Of a DNA stretch of 64,000 nt, positions 37,594 to 47,380 are shown piece after piece; the stretch's first letter is position 1, and each line of letters opens with the position of its first letter. The stretch lies in assembly GCA_039028615.1 (NCBI GenBank), contig JBCCHT010000020.1, forward strand, positions 149,307 to 213,306. The letters run 5' to 3'. Origin of the DNA: Myxococcota bacterium (GTDB lineage Bacteria; Myxococcota_A; Polyangia; Nannocystales; Nannocystaceae). The translations under genes and the position numbers were made by a program. Under the pieces are notes generated by a model. It saw only the letters and a program-made list of their open reading frames with translations. It did not search any database and was not told where the DNA came from.

Positions 37594-37660
37594 GCTCCCT
37601 CATTGCCGCGCCCGATCTGGCCGATGACGAGAAAACCGAGAGAATTTTCGCCACGCCGCG
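37594..37660 (-). promoter_or_regulatory. Conserved upstream region shared by both M4 genes (copy 1)
   Basis: Minus strand CGTCATCG...GGCAATGAGGG..CATG also found at 39923-39970. Confidence 0.55.
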
Positions 37661-37711
37661 ATCGGCTCCGGCGGGCCCGAGTCGTCGTGCCCGCCGGAGT
37701 CCATGCGCGCG

Positions 37712-39922
37712 CTACTGCACGAGCTGGATCATCGACAGCGTGTCGAACATGACCGGCCGCGTCGGCACGGGCCCGGTGTTGTAGACGTAGACCTCGAGCG
37801 TGATCGCCTGACCCGCGAAGGCCTCGAGATCCATGTCGATGACGTCGACGGTGTCGTCGTCCCGGCGAATGGTCCGCGACGAGTTGGTCAGCACGGTGCC
37901 GGCGCTGTCCTTGATCACGAGGTTGACCAGGGCCTCGTCGGTGTCGACGGCGATGAGCGGGAATCCGACCTCCGCGAGGATGTGCGGCGCCAGGACGCTG
38001 CCCCCCAGCGGGATGTTGGCGGGAAGCTGCAGGTCGAAGCTGCCCATGACGCGCCCGAAGAACCCGGCCGCGGGGGTCATGCCGAACATCGAGCCGTCCC
38101 AGAGCTTGCCGTCCTCCATCTTCGCCGAGGTGTTGCCCGCCCCGGGGGAGCTCTGCGCGGACCCGTAGGTCACCGCCGTGCTGCCCGACTCCCAAGTGTC
38201 GAAGTTGCCCACGTAGGGGATGAGCGAGAGGCTCGAGGGCGTGATGCCAGCGGCGAGATAGGCCACCTCGACGCCGAACTTCTCGTCGGAGCTGTCGCCG
38301 AACATGTCCCCCGCCGCATCCGCGAGGCCGGCCCCGAGCTCGCCGAACGAGACCGGACCCGGGCTGAGGTAGTTGGTGATCGTCTCGTAGTAGAGGTCGC
38401 GGACGTCGGACATCCCGATCGACGGCACGATCACGTTCGAGTGCGGGTGCGTGCCCGCGTTGCCGGCCAGCATCGCGAAGGGCAGGCTGAGGATCTGCGA
38501 GTTCGCGTGCTGGGCGTTGCCCGTAGTGTCGAACTCGGAGTAGTGATCGCGACCGGTGGGCGGCGACAGCAAGTCGCGAATCGGCGTCACGCCGTTCACT
38601 TCCTCGCCCATCAGGAAGTTCTCCTGCCCCGAGGCGTTGCCGAAATCGAACTCCACCAAGGTACCGAAGACGTCCGCGCCGTGCTCGTGGAAGGCCGCGC
38701 CCTCATCGGACGTGGTGTCGAGGCCTTCGGCGTGCAGCATGGCGTGGGTGAACTCGTGCCCCACCACGTCCAGCGGCATCCAGACTTCGCCCGCGGCACC
38801 GCCTCCGAACTTGAAGCGCCCGTTGCCGATGGAGGTCGCGTTCCACTGCACCGCCGACGGGCCACCGAAATTGAAGCTCGCGTCGAAGCCCATCTTGATG
38901 TTGCCGCCGCTGCCGTTGTAGCTGGAGCGACCGTAGCGGGAGTCGAAGAAGTCGAGCACCTTGCCCATGTTGTCGTGGCCGAGCACGGCCTCCTCTTGGG
39001 CGGGTGCGCACCAGTCGTTGTCGGTGTCGGTCAGCGGAGCCGACTGCGTCCATGTGAACGAGCCCCCCTGATCGTACCCGCGGATCTTCCCCGGCCGCGT
39101 CTTGTCGTGCAGCTGATACTGCGCCCCGAGCGGCTTGGTGGGGTTGATGAGCAGGTTATTGCCGAAGGGATCACACCCGGTCCCGGTCAGGTGGTCCGCG
39201 ATGAAATCCTCGCGCCGGACTTCGCCCGTGCGAGCGTCGACCAGCAAGTCGGCGCTGCCCGGGAAGTCCTCGGCGAGCACGGACAACGACCAGACCAGGT
39301 TCGCCTCGCCGTCGTCGACGAGGGCAAACAGCTCGGGATCGGTGTACTCCAGGAAGTCGCCCTCGACCGCAAAATGGTCGCGAACGAGCGATTCGAGCTT
39401 CTCCCGGCCGATCGCCGGCTTCGGGTCGAAGGACTCGCCATTGTCGACCCGATGCGCCTGCCCCTGCAGGGACGCGACCCGGCCGTCCTCGCGCACGTGC
39501 ACCACGACCTCGCCCTGATAGACGGGAACATCCGCGACCCGCTGCTCATAGCGGACGTGGGTGACCTTCGAACGCAATCCGGTTTTGGACTCCGAGCGAG
39601 ACAGCGCGACCCGATCTGTGGCCCCCCACAGCACGGAGAACTCGTCGAGCGTCTCGTCGGCGACGACCTCGGGGCTCCGCGAATCGGGCCCGTGCAGCTG
39701 TCCCCGAACGACGAGCGTTCCTGCTCGCTGGTCGAAGGCAGCCACTTCCATCTCGGGGTGAGCGATGCGCAAGGCTTCGATCGCAGAGGCATCGACCTGG
39801 GCCTCGAGTGGCTCCAGGTCGACACGCTCGTCGATCTCGGTTTCGAGGATCAGAGGCTCGGCGCAGGCAGAGACCGACCCGAGTAGCAACAGGCCCTTCA
39901 AGGCTAGGCTTTTTCGCGACAT
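37712..39922 (-). CDS. M4 family metallopeptidase, tandem paralog
   Basis: VSAC; DVVGHEFTHAM; HEHGADVFG; HANSQI; colinear with 35389-37593. Confidence 0.9.
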   Translation of the reverse strand: MSRKSLALKGLLLLGSVSACAEPLILETEIDERVDLEPLEAQVDASAIEALRIAHPEMEVAAFDQRAGTLVVRGQLHGPDSRSPEVVADETLDEFSVLWGATDRVALSRSESKTGLRSKVTHVRYEQRVADVPVYQGEVVVHVREDGRVASLQGQAHRVDNGESFDPKPAIGREKLESLVRDHFAVEGDFLEYTDPELFALVDDGEANLVWSLSVLAEDFPGSADLLVDARTGEVRREDFIADHLTGTGCDPFGNNLLINPTKPLGAQYQLHDKTRPGKIRGYDQGGSFTWTQSAPLTDTDNDWCAPAQEEAVLGHDNMGKVLDFFDSRYGRSSYNGSGGNIKMGFDASFNFGGPSAVQWNATSIGNGRFKFGGGAAGEVWMPLDVVGHEFTHAMLHAEGLDTTSDEGAAFHEHGADVFGTLVEFDFGNASGQENFLMGEEVNGVTPIRDLLSPPTGRDHYSEFDTTGNAQHANSQILSLPFAMLAGNAGTHPHSNVIVPSIGMSDVRDLYYETITNYLSPGPVSFGELGAGLADAAGDMFGDSSDEKFGVEVAYLAAGITPSSLSLIPYVGNFDTWESGSTAVTYGSAQSSPGAGNTSAKMEDGKLWDGSMFGMTPAAGFFGRVMGSFDLQLPANIPLGGSVLAPHILAEVGFPLIAVDTDEALVNLVIKDSAGTVLTNSSRTIRRDDDTVDVIDMDLEAFAGQAITLEVYVYNTGPVPTRPVMFDTLSMIQLVQ

Positions 39923-39970
39923 GGCCCCTCATTGCCCCGGGCCATCCGAGCGATGACGAAGAAATTTTCG
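39923..39970 (-). promoter_or_regulatory. Conserved upstream region shared by both M4 genes (copy 2)
   Basis: CGAAAATTTC...CGTCATCG...GGCAATGAGGGGCCATG. Confidence 0.55.
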
Positions 39971-39973
39971 TGT

Positions 39974-41392
39974 TCAGGGCGCCGCGCACTCAAGCCCTCC
40001 CGTCGGCCCCGCGTTGAAGCAGTACGGCACCGTCTCGTCCAGGGAGGCCCCCTCGATGACCTGGAGATGACGACAGAACATCTCTTCTTCGGTGAAACCG
40101 ACGCACATGGCCTCGCAGTCCGCTCGTGTGCCGTAGCCGTTCTCGACCGGATCGCACAGGGCCATGAAATCCGTACAGAAGAGCGCGCAGTCGGCCGCCG
40201 ATGCTCCACCGCCGCCTCCGCTGCTGCCGCCCTCCGACGAGCTGCTCTCGTCCGAGGAACTGCCTTCGTCGGTGGTTCCACCGCTCGACTCCGTCGAGGA
40301 ATCTGTATCGCCCGTCGTGCCCTCGTCCGACGCCCCCGTATCGCCCTTCGTGCCCTCATCGACCCCGAAGGGATCTTCGAAGAGCCCGTCGCCGACCTCG
40401 GGAATGCCTGCCGCGACGTCCCGCCCCAAGCGAATCGCATTGGCGGTGGGATTGCGAACGCCGTGCAGGTCCCGCAACGCCCGGTCCACATCGACGCGCA
40501 CCGTCGTCGAAAGCGATGAACCATCGGCGTTCGGTATCGTCACGTCGATGTCGTAGCTCAAGCGTGCCCGACTCGCGTCGTCGGGGAACTCGGGATCCGC
40601 CTTGAGATACAGGTGATTGGCGCGCGCATGCGTGACGCCGCGCTCCTCGTTGAGTTCGTCGATCACGTCGTTGGCGGCCTCGACCGCCGGACCGCGCGGC
40701 GCAGTGGTGTTGGGGAAGGGCGAAGGCACGAGCGACAGCGGCGGATCGGCATAGCCCTCGAAGGCCCCCTCTCCCGGCACGGGCACGTTGTCGGCGGGTC
40801 GCTTGAACATCCCTGCGCCCACGTGGCGAACCTGATGCGCGAGCAGATCGAGCAGGAAGAGGCGTTCGACCTCTTTGCGCGCGTCCTCGTTCGCCGACAG
40901 AATGTAGCGCTCCGGGTCGGCGAGGATCACCTCCACGTCGCCCATGTCGATGTGCACCGCGCCATCCAGCTCGCGAGCGAGGATCAGCCCGAGCCCGCCC
41001 GAAGGTCGCACGCCTCGACCCAAGAAGGTCGCCGGGTCGTTCCGATGGACGCGAATCTCGAAGCCACAAAACACGTTGGCGCAGGCCTCCTCGAGCATCC
41101 GGTTGAACACGAAGGACTCCGGGAAGACCGGCCCGCCCATCGTCGCCTGGCCTCCGTTGGCCAGCAGGGTGACCGAGTCCGCGACCTTCTGGACGTCTCG
41201 CGCCGTGCCTCCGATATCCGACTCGATCACGATCGTGCAGTGCGGTCCAGACTCGAGCACGATGCGGAGCCCGTCGTCCGAGGGCGTCGCGGAGGTGATC
41301 CGGGCGTGAGACGACGGCACGGTGGGGCCCGAGAAGCAGAGCAGGCCGGTCAGCGCCAGAGCGACCCGCGAAAATGTCCGCCGAACGCTCAT
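39974..41392 (-). CDS. Secreted hypothetical protein with degenerate zincin motif (HQxxH) and Cys-rich C-terminus
   Basis: GAGGAG RBS; signal peptide ending SHA; LLAHQVRHV; S/T/G linker; CALFC...CEAMC...CRH...C. Confidence 0.7.
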   Translation of the reverse strand: MSVRRTFSRVALALTGLLCFSGPTVPSSHARITSATPSDDGLRIVLESGPHCTIVIESDIGGTARDVQKVADSVTLLANGGQATMGGPVFPESFVFNRMLEEACANVFCGFEIRVHRNDPATFLGRGVRPSGGLGLILARELDGAVHIDMGDVEVILADPERYILSANEDARKEVERLFLLDLLAHQVRHVGAGMFKRPADNVPVPGEGAFEGYADPPLSLVPSPFPNTTAPRGPAVEAANDVIDELNEERGVTHARANHLYLKADPEFPDDASRARLSYDIDVTIPNADGSSLSTTVRVDVDRALRDLHGVRNPTANAIRLGRDVAAGIPEVGDGLFEDPFGVDEGTKGDTGASDEGTTGDTDSSTESSGGTTDEGSSSDESSSSEGGSSGGGGGASAADCALFCTDFMALCDPVENGYGTRADCEAMCVGFTEEEMFCRHLQVIEGASLDETVPYCFNAGPTGGLECAAP

Positions 41393-41925
41393 GACTCCTC
41401 TCCCTGATAGGGAGCCCACACCGCGTAATCCGGCGGCTCCGGCACGCGCAGCATGAGGTCGTCCTGCTGGGCGAAGCCGATCCAGCCGAAGCGCGGGGGC
41501 AGGCGACGGCCCGGCACCGCAATGGCGAGCACCCAGTGCGCCTCGGCATCGTCGCGATACACGAACACGTCCCCCGCGGGGCTGAACAGCTCGCCGTCAT
41601 CGTTGCAGCGCGCGTTTAGCCGCAGGTCGACCCCCAAGCCCTCCAGCCCCTCGACGCTGGTACCCGTGGGCACGGGGGCCGTGGGGTCGGCATCGATGTA
41701 CAGACCGTACGCGAGGAACTCGGCGTCCGTGCAGCGCGGCTGCTCGGCGAAGAACAGCGCCGCGACGACTCGGCGATCGCCGTCGGGCAGCACCCCCGGC
41801 AGATCGTAGACATGGGCGCCGAGCAGCGTCGGGATCGGAGCCGGTGGCGACGTGGACTGACCACATGCGCCGACAGTGGCCGCCATGGCCAACAGCCAGG
41901 CGGAGGGGGAATCGAGCGTGGGCAT
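41389..41925 (-). CDS. Hypothetical lipoprotein
   Basis: TVGAC lipobox-like; YGLYIDAD; ATGA overlap with downstream gene. Confidence 0.65.
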   Translation of the reverse strand: MPTLDSPSAWLLAMAATVGACGQSTSPPAPIPTLLGAHVYDLPGVLPDGDRRVVAALFFAEQPRCTDAEFLAYGLYIDADPTAPVPTGTSVEGLEGLGVDLRLNARCNDDGELFSPAGDVFVYRDDAEAHWVLAIAVPGRRLPPRFGWIGFAQQDDLMLRVPEPPDYAVWAPYQGEES

Positions 41926-42064
41926 ACATTCGGACTACGACTTCGACACGAACGCGGGCACTTAAGGCCGGCTTAAAGCCACCAGTCGGGCCACCAAGGG
42001 CGCCGGAGCATCGTTCGGACGGCACGTTCGTCCTGATGTGCCACCGTCACGCATAATGGCGCGC

Positions 42065-42697
42065 GTGTCCAACCATCCCTTCGTCCGTGAGGAGTCGAAG
42101 AAGCGCCTCGGCCAAGCGGTGCAGGCCGTCGAGTCGCGCTCGTGCGCCGAGATCGTGATCGCGGTCCAACCTCGCTCGAGCAGCTGGGCCGGCGTGGACG
42201 GGGCCGTGGGCTTGGTCGTCGCCTATGCGGCCCTGCTCTACGCTCTGTTTGCCCCGCAGGTCTTCGGCCTGTTGTGGATCGCTCTGATGATCCCCGCCGG
42301 CTTCGGTGCAGGCTACGCGCTATCGCGAGCGTGGGCCGGGCTGCGCCTGGGCTTGGCCGGCCAAAAACGGGTGGACGAGGCCGTACTCCAGGGCGCCCGA
42401 GCCCGCTTCACCGAGCTGCGCGTCAGCGCGACCCGTGAGCGCTCCGGCGTGTTGGTCTACGTATCGCTGGCCGAGCGCAAGGCGGTGGTCATCCCCGACG
42501 TCGGCGTTCTCGCTCGGATCCCCGAAGACGACTGGGCCAAGGGCGTCGCCGCCATCGAGAACGCGATCGCCACCCACGGCGTGAAGCCAGCCGGACTCGA
42601 TGCGCTGTGCAAGGCGGTCGAGGCCCTCGGCGACGTGCTCGAAAAGCCGATGCCCGTCCGCGACGACGACATCAACGAGTTGGAGGACGTGGCATGA
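42065..42697 (+). CDS. TPM domain-containing membrane protein
   Basis: VQAVESRSCAEIV, two TM helices, TRERSGVLVYVSLAERKAVVIPDVG, DDINEL. Confidence 0.85.
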   Translation: MSNHPFVREESKKRLGQAVQAVESRSCAEIVIAVQPRSSSWAGVDGAVGLVVAYAALLYALFAPQVFGLLWIALMIPAGFGAGYALSRAWAGLRLGLAGQKRVDEAVLQGARARFTELRVSATRERSGVLVYVSLAERKAVVIPDVGVLARIPEDDWAKGVAAIENAIATHGVKPAGLDALCKAVEALGDVLEKPMPVRDDDINELEDVA

Positions 42698-44250
42698 AGG
42701 GTTGGCAACGACGACTCTCGTTTGCGCTGTTCGGGCTCACCCTGGGCATGGGCATCTCCACGCTCGTGCACGCGCACTCCGGCGAGCGCCCCGGCGGCGG
42801 TTCTTCCTTCCGCGGAGGTGGTGGTGGTGGCTCCTCGTTCGGTGGAGGCGGAGGCGGAGGCGGCTTCAGCAGCAGCAGCTACAGCAGCAGTAGCTACAGC
42901 GGCGGCGGAGGGGGTGGAGACATCGGCGTGTTCGGCCTCGTGATCATGGTCGGCATGGGCGTCGTGTTCGCCACCATCTCCATGGCCAACCAGGCGAACG
43001 ACGACGACGGCTGGAGCAGCAGCAGCGGCACCGACGACTTCGGGCAGTGGCAGCCGCAGACCAGCTTCAAGCCGGTTCCCGTCAAGCTCGCCCCCCTGCG
43101 GCGACACGACCCCAACTTCTCCCAGATCTTGCTCGAGGACTTCCTCTACGAGCTGTACACCCGTGCCATGGAGGCGCGCGGCAGCAAAGAAGAGCTCGCC
43201 CTGCTCTCGCCCTATCTCGACCCCAAGGTTCGCAACAAGCTCCGCACCCGGGGCAACCGCGCTCCGCTGGCGATCAGCGGCGTCATCGTGGGTGCCATGC
43301 GGGTCTCCAAGTTCGAGATGAAGCAGGACTGGGCCTCCATCGAAGTCATCTACGAGACCAACTACACCGAGGCCTACCCCGCCGATCAGGACAAAGGCCG
43401 CTTGGGCTTCTACGCCAAAGAGCGCTGGCACTTCGTCCGCATGCTCTCCGTGCAGAGCCGCAAGCCCGACGAGACCCGCGGCTTCAACTGCCCCGCCTGC
43501 GGCGCGCCCGTCGAGGAGAGCGAAAACGACGAGTGCAGCCACTGCGGCACCACCCACGGCGTCGGCGACGTCGACTGGCTGTGCAACGGCATCGAGCTCG
43601 TTCGCGAGGAGACCCGCGGCCCTGCCCTCACCGGTTACGCCGAGGAGGTCGGGACCTTCGACCCGAGCGTCGTCGACGACCGCCTGCAGAGCGAGCTGGT
43701 CTCCCTACGCGAGCACGATTCCGAGTTCGACGACCAGCAGTTCTTCGCCCGCGCGAAGATGATCTATCACGAGCTCAACGCCGCCTGGAGCAGCCTCGAC
43801 TGGGACGACGCGCGCCCCTACCTCAGCGATCGGCTCTGGTACTCCATGCGCTACTGGATCCACGCCTACGAAGAGCAGAGCCTGCAGAACCTCATGCTCG
43901 GCGCCAAGATCGATCGCATCGAGATGGTCAAGGTCGCCACCGATCCCTTCTTCCACGCCATCACCATCCGGCTGTGGGCCTCGGCGCTCGACCACACCAT
44001 TCACCGGGGCTCTGGCGCCGTCGTGGGTGGCAACGCCAGCCTGCCCCGCGACTACAGCGAGTACTGGACCTTCATCCGCTCCGCCGAGCGCCGCGGCAGC
44101 GCCTCGACGGACAAGAACTGCCCCAACTGCGGCGCCGCCCTCGAGCTCAACATGGCCGGCAACTGCGAGCACTGCGGGGTGAAGATCACCGCGGGGCAGT
44201 TCGACTGGGTGCTGAGTAAGATCGAGCAGGACGAGGCCTACCAGGGGTAA
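42694..44250 (+). CDS. Membrane protein with tandem Tim44-like domains and two zinc ribbons
   Basis: RPGGGSSF Gly/Ser linker; HDPNFS and HDSEFD Tim44-like starts; ERWHF and EYWTF; CPACG..CSHCG and CPNCG..CEHCG. Confidence 0.82.
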   Translation: MKGWQRRLSFALFGLTLGMGISTLVHAHSGERPGGGSSFRGGGGGGSSFGGGGGGGGFSSSSYSSSSYSGGGGGGDIGVFGLVIMVGMGVVFATISMANQANDDDGWSSSSGTDDFGQWQPQTSFKPVPVKLAPLRRHDPNFSQILLEDFLYELYTRAMEARGSKEELALLSPYLDPKVRNKLRTRGNRAPLAISGVIVGAMRVSKFEMKQDWASIEVIYETNYTEAYPADQDKGRLGFYAKERWHFVRMLSVQSRKPDETRGFNCPACGAPVEESENDECSHCGTTHGVGDVDWLCNGIELVREETRGPALTGYAEEVGTFDPSVVDDRLQSELVSLREHDSEFDDQQFFARAKMIYHELNAAWSSLDWDDARPYLSDRLWYSMRYWIHAYEEQSLQNLMLGAKIDRIEMVKVATDPFFHAITIRLWASALDHTIHRGSGAVVGGNASLPRDYSEYWTFIRSAERRGSASTDKNCPNCGAALELNMAGNCEHCGVKITAGQFDWVLSKIEQDEAYQG

Positions 44251-44461
44251 GCGAGCAGGTACTAAAGGGCCGCTTCCGACGTACATCGCGGCCCAAGATC
44301 AGGGGCGAAGTGCCTTCCACGAGACGGGTGTGCCATCAGCGCAGCCCGCTGACCCGAACGGGCCTGTTGCCCGAAAGCTCGGTCCAATTCGACGTGGATT
44401 CCTCAGTTTATGACCCTCTGGGAGCCGGTCTGGAGGAAAATGAAGAAATTCTAGTCGACAG

Positions 44462-47380
44462 GTGAAACATGACGGTTCGTCGGAACACCAGCAAGCGCCC
44501 TGCAAATCAGAAGGACGGGTGATTGCCAGCGCCCCAACGCTCTTTGGAGCAATGGCGTGCACCCCGCACAAAGATGTTCCAACCGTGCAACCCGATCTAG
44601 AACAGATGCTCAACGAACACCGGCCCAAGGATTCAGGTCACGTCGACCGAGTCCGTGCGCGCCTGTTCGGCACCAGCAATAGCCGCTCGACGAACGCGGC
44701 CTCACGAACGCCCGGCATCGCCGGAGAGTCGAGTATTCCACCACAGTCCGGGAGTCGACACTCTCGCTCCAGCAGAAGATCCAGTCCGATCGATCGCGTG
44801 CGAGAGCGGCTCTTCGGCCATCCCACGCCCAGCATCCCAGAACGATATCGACCTCTCGAGGTCATCAACCGAGGCGGTTTCGGCGAGGTGCTTCTCGCCA
44901 TGGATACCAAGCACGGACGCAAGGTCGCCATTAAGCTGCTTCGCTATCACAGCGAAAAGGGAGAAGCACGAATCAAGCGCGAGGGTGAAGCTCTCGCGCA
45001 GGTCGATCACCCCAACGTCGTCCAGTTCTTCGAGATGGACTCCATCGTAGACGGAGTCTACTACCTCGTCCTCGAATACATCGAAGGCGTGAGCCTCGAC
45101 GCTTGGCTAGCCGAACAACCGCGATCGCGGGACGAGATCTTCGGAGTATTCGTCCAAGCGGCTCGTGGTCTAAATGCAATCCACGCCCGCGGGTTGATCC
45201 ACCGCGACTTCAAACCCTCTAACTTGGTACTCGGTAAAGACGGACGCTGTCGGATCATCGACTTCGGGCTCGCCAGGCGCTTCACCAGCAACATCGGCGA
45301 TAGACTCGATCAAGTGAGAGCATCATCGTCTCTCGCAACGCCCTCCCAGACTTGCTCTGCGACCACGGTCTCGGACAAAACTGTCAATCGCTGCACGGAT
45401 TCCGTTCCGTCGGACTCCACTCGGCGAGAGACTAAATCGTGTACTGCATTAAGTCGGTCCGAACTCGTCGAAGGTGGCACGGAAGGTGACGGACGCTGTG
45501 GACGCCCCTATCTCGACGTGAATCTCACGCAACGCGGCAAGTTCGCGGGTACGCCTGCATACGCGGCTCCCGAACAGATCGCCGGAGAGAAGCTGGACAC
45601 CAGCGCCGACGTGTTCAGTTTCTGCGTCACGCTGTGCGAGGCGCTCTTCGGTGAACGCCCCCCCAACGGCCCAACCCCTCTCGAGCTTCGCCGCTATCTC
45701 CGTAGACGACGAGTGCCTCGAGCAGTTCGACACCTGCTGCGTCGAGGTCTCTCGATACGACCAGAGATTCGCCCCAAAACAATGGGGTCGATCATCGATG
45801 AGCTGGAGACCCGGCTCAGCATGCCGAAGTCGTTGCGTACTGCGTTCAAAACGGTCACCGCCGTTGCGGCCGTCGCAGGCATCGCCGCCGTGAGTTTTTG
45901 GCCGACGAGCCTGGAGAGCGAATGGACTTCCTCCCCCGCTGCGCGAGAGCACATTGCGAAATACCAACCGGGGCTTGCGGCACAACTCGACGCCTTCGAA
46001 CAGTCGTGGCTGTCCATCGCAGCCGACACCTATCCCGCGTTCGGTAGCGCGGAGAAGGTGAACTGCCTGCAAACGGGACAGGAGCAATTCGAGTCCTTTG
46101 TGGCTGCAATCGCCCATTTCCCTCGTCACGCCACATCGACGTTCGAGTCATCGGCCCCCAGCCGTCTGTGGTTCACCACGCTCCTAGCCCCTTCGAGATG
46201 CGCGGAACACAGAATGACCGGTGACGAACGTACGGCGATCGAGTTTCTGCTCGAGTCCCAGTCGCTCCAACTCGAGGGCAGGTACGACGAAGCTCTGAAG
46301 GCCGTCGACTCGGCAACGGAGCTCGAGGTTCCTTTGCTTGGCCGTCTTCGCGGTGCGATCGAAGCTCAGCGCGGCCACATGCAATCTCTGCTTGGAGATC
46401 CTCGGGCTTGGCACACCCTCGGGCTCGCTGCGCAGGCTAACGAAGGCGACCTGGAGTTCCTCGTCGAAGTGCTCTCCCTTCGCGCGATTGATGGTTTCCT
46501 CTCTGGACGTCTCGATGAAAAAGTCGACGAACTCGTGACTCTAAATGCAACCCTCGCGACCTACACGGAGCGCCTTGGGACCGAGAACCTCCGAGCACGA
46601 GCCTGGTACCACATCGTGCAGAGCGAACGCCATGCGGTCAAAGAGCCCGAGTCCGCTTCGGAGCATCTACAGGACGCACGAAGGCTATTCGCAGAGTCGA
46701 CCAGCGGTGCACGTAGAGCACTCCTTCTGTCATATGTCGACCTTCTGGACTCAGCTACGTATACGAGACGCGGCGAGTTCGAGACCGCGGCTCAGTTGGC
46801 GTCGTCCGCCATCGAACGTGTCGATGGTGTCATCGCCTCCGACCATTCTTTCTTGATACGTGCTCGGGTCGACGCGGCGATGTTGGTCGCCAACGCGGGC
46901 TCGACGTTCGCACCCCGTGCCCGGCAGCTCTTGCTCGAGACCATCGAGCACGCGCCTTCGGGATTCCAAGCCGTTCGGGCCCAGGCCGAGCTGCTCTACC
47001 TGGACCTGAAGAAGTCAAAGGCCGAAGACACGGCAAAGAACAACGAGGAGCTGTTCCGTCGCTCAATGGAGATCGAGAAAGCGCTGACTCCGCATCTCGC
47101 CAGTGAGAACCCGGAAGATATTGCATGGATCGCCCTCGCCGTGGCGAAGACTCGGCTGATCACCTTCTTCGATCGAAGCGAGACGCTCGGAGCCGTAACC
47201 CTTTGGATCGACTACGAGAATGACAAGAAACGTCGAGCTGACGCCATCGGCTACCGAAGGATGATCGAGAAAAAAATCCACGACACGGTCTCCCAGGTGA
47301 AAGAAGCCGACACGCGGGGCCACAACCTAAGCGACCCGTTGGGGGCAAGCACCACCCCCCGGCAGCAGGAGCAGCCGTGA
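44462..47380 (+). CDS. Ser/Thr protein kinase with TM segment and degenerate TPR-like region (start uncertain)
   Basis: GGFGEV, VAIK, HPNVV, HRDFKPSN, DFG, GTPAYAAPE; lower GC. Confidence 0.88.
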   Translation: MKHDGSSEHQQAPCKSEGRVIASAPTLFGAMACTPHKDVPTVQPDLEQMLNEHRPKDSGHVDRVRARLFGTSNSRSTNAASRTPGIAGESSIPPQSGSRHSRSSRRSSPIDRVRERLFGHPTPSIPERYRPLEVINRGGFGEVLLAMDTKHGRKVAIKLLRYHSEKGEARIKREGEALAQVDHPNVVQFFEMDSIVDGVYYLVLEYIEGVSLDAWLAEQPRSRDEIFGVFVQAARGLNAIHARGLIHRDFKPSNLVLGKDGRCRIIDFGLARRFTSNIGDRLDQVRASSSLATPSQTCSATTVSDKTVNRCTDSVPSDSTRRETKSCTALSRSELVEGGTEGDGRCGRPYLDVNLTQRGKFAGTPAYAAPEQIAGEKLDTSADVFSFCVTLCEALFGERPPNGPTPLELRRYLRRRRVPRAVRHLLRRGLSIRPEIRPKTMGSIIDELETRLSMPKSLRTAFKTVTAVAAVAGIAAVSFWPTSLESEWTSSPAAREHIAKYQPGLAAQLDAFEQSWLSIAADTYPAFGSAEKVNCLQTGQEQFESFVAAIAHFPRHATSTFESSAPSRLWFTTLLAPSRCAEHRMTGDERTAIEFLLESQSLQLEGRYDEALKAVDSATELEVPLLGRLRGAIEAQRGHMQSLLGDPRAWHTLGLAAQANEGDLEFLVEVLSLRAIDGFLSGRLDEKVDELVTLNATLATYTERLGTENLRARAWYHIVQSERHAVKEPESASEHLQDARRLFAESTSGARRALLLSYVDLLDSATYTRRGEFETAAQLASSAIERVDGVIASDHSFLIRARVDAAMLVANAGSTFAPRARQLLLETIEHAPSGFQAVRAQAELLYLDLKKSKAEDTAKNNEELFRRSMEIEKALTPHLASENPEDIAWIALAVAKTRLITFFDRSETLGAVTLWIDYENDKKRRADAIGYRRMIEKKIHDTVSQVKEADTRGHNLSDPLGASTTPRQQEQP

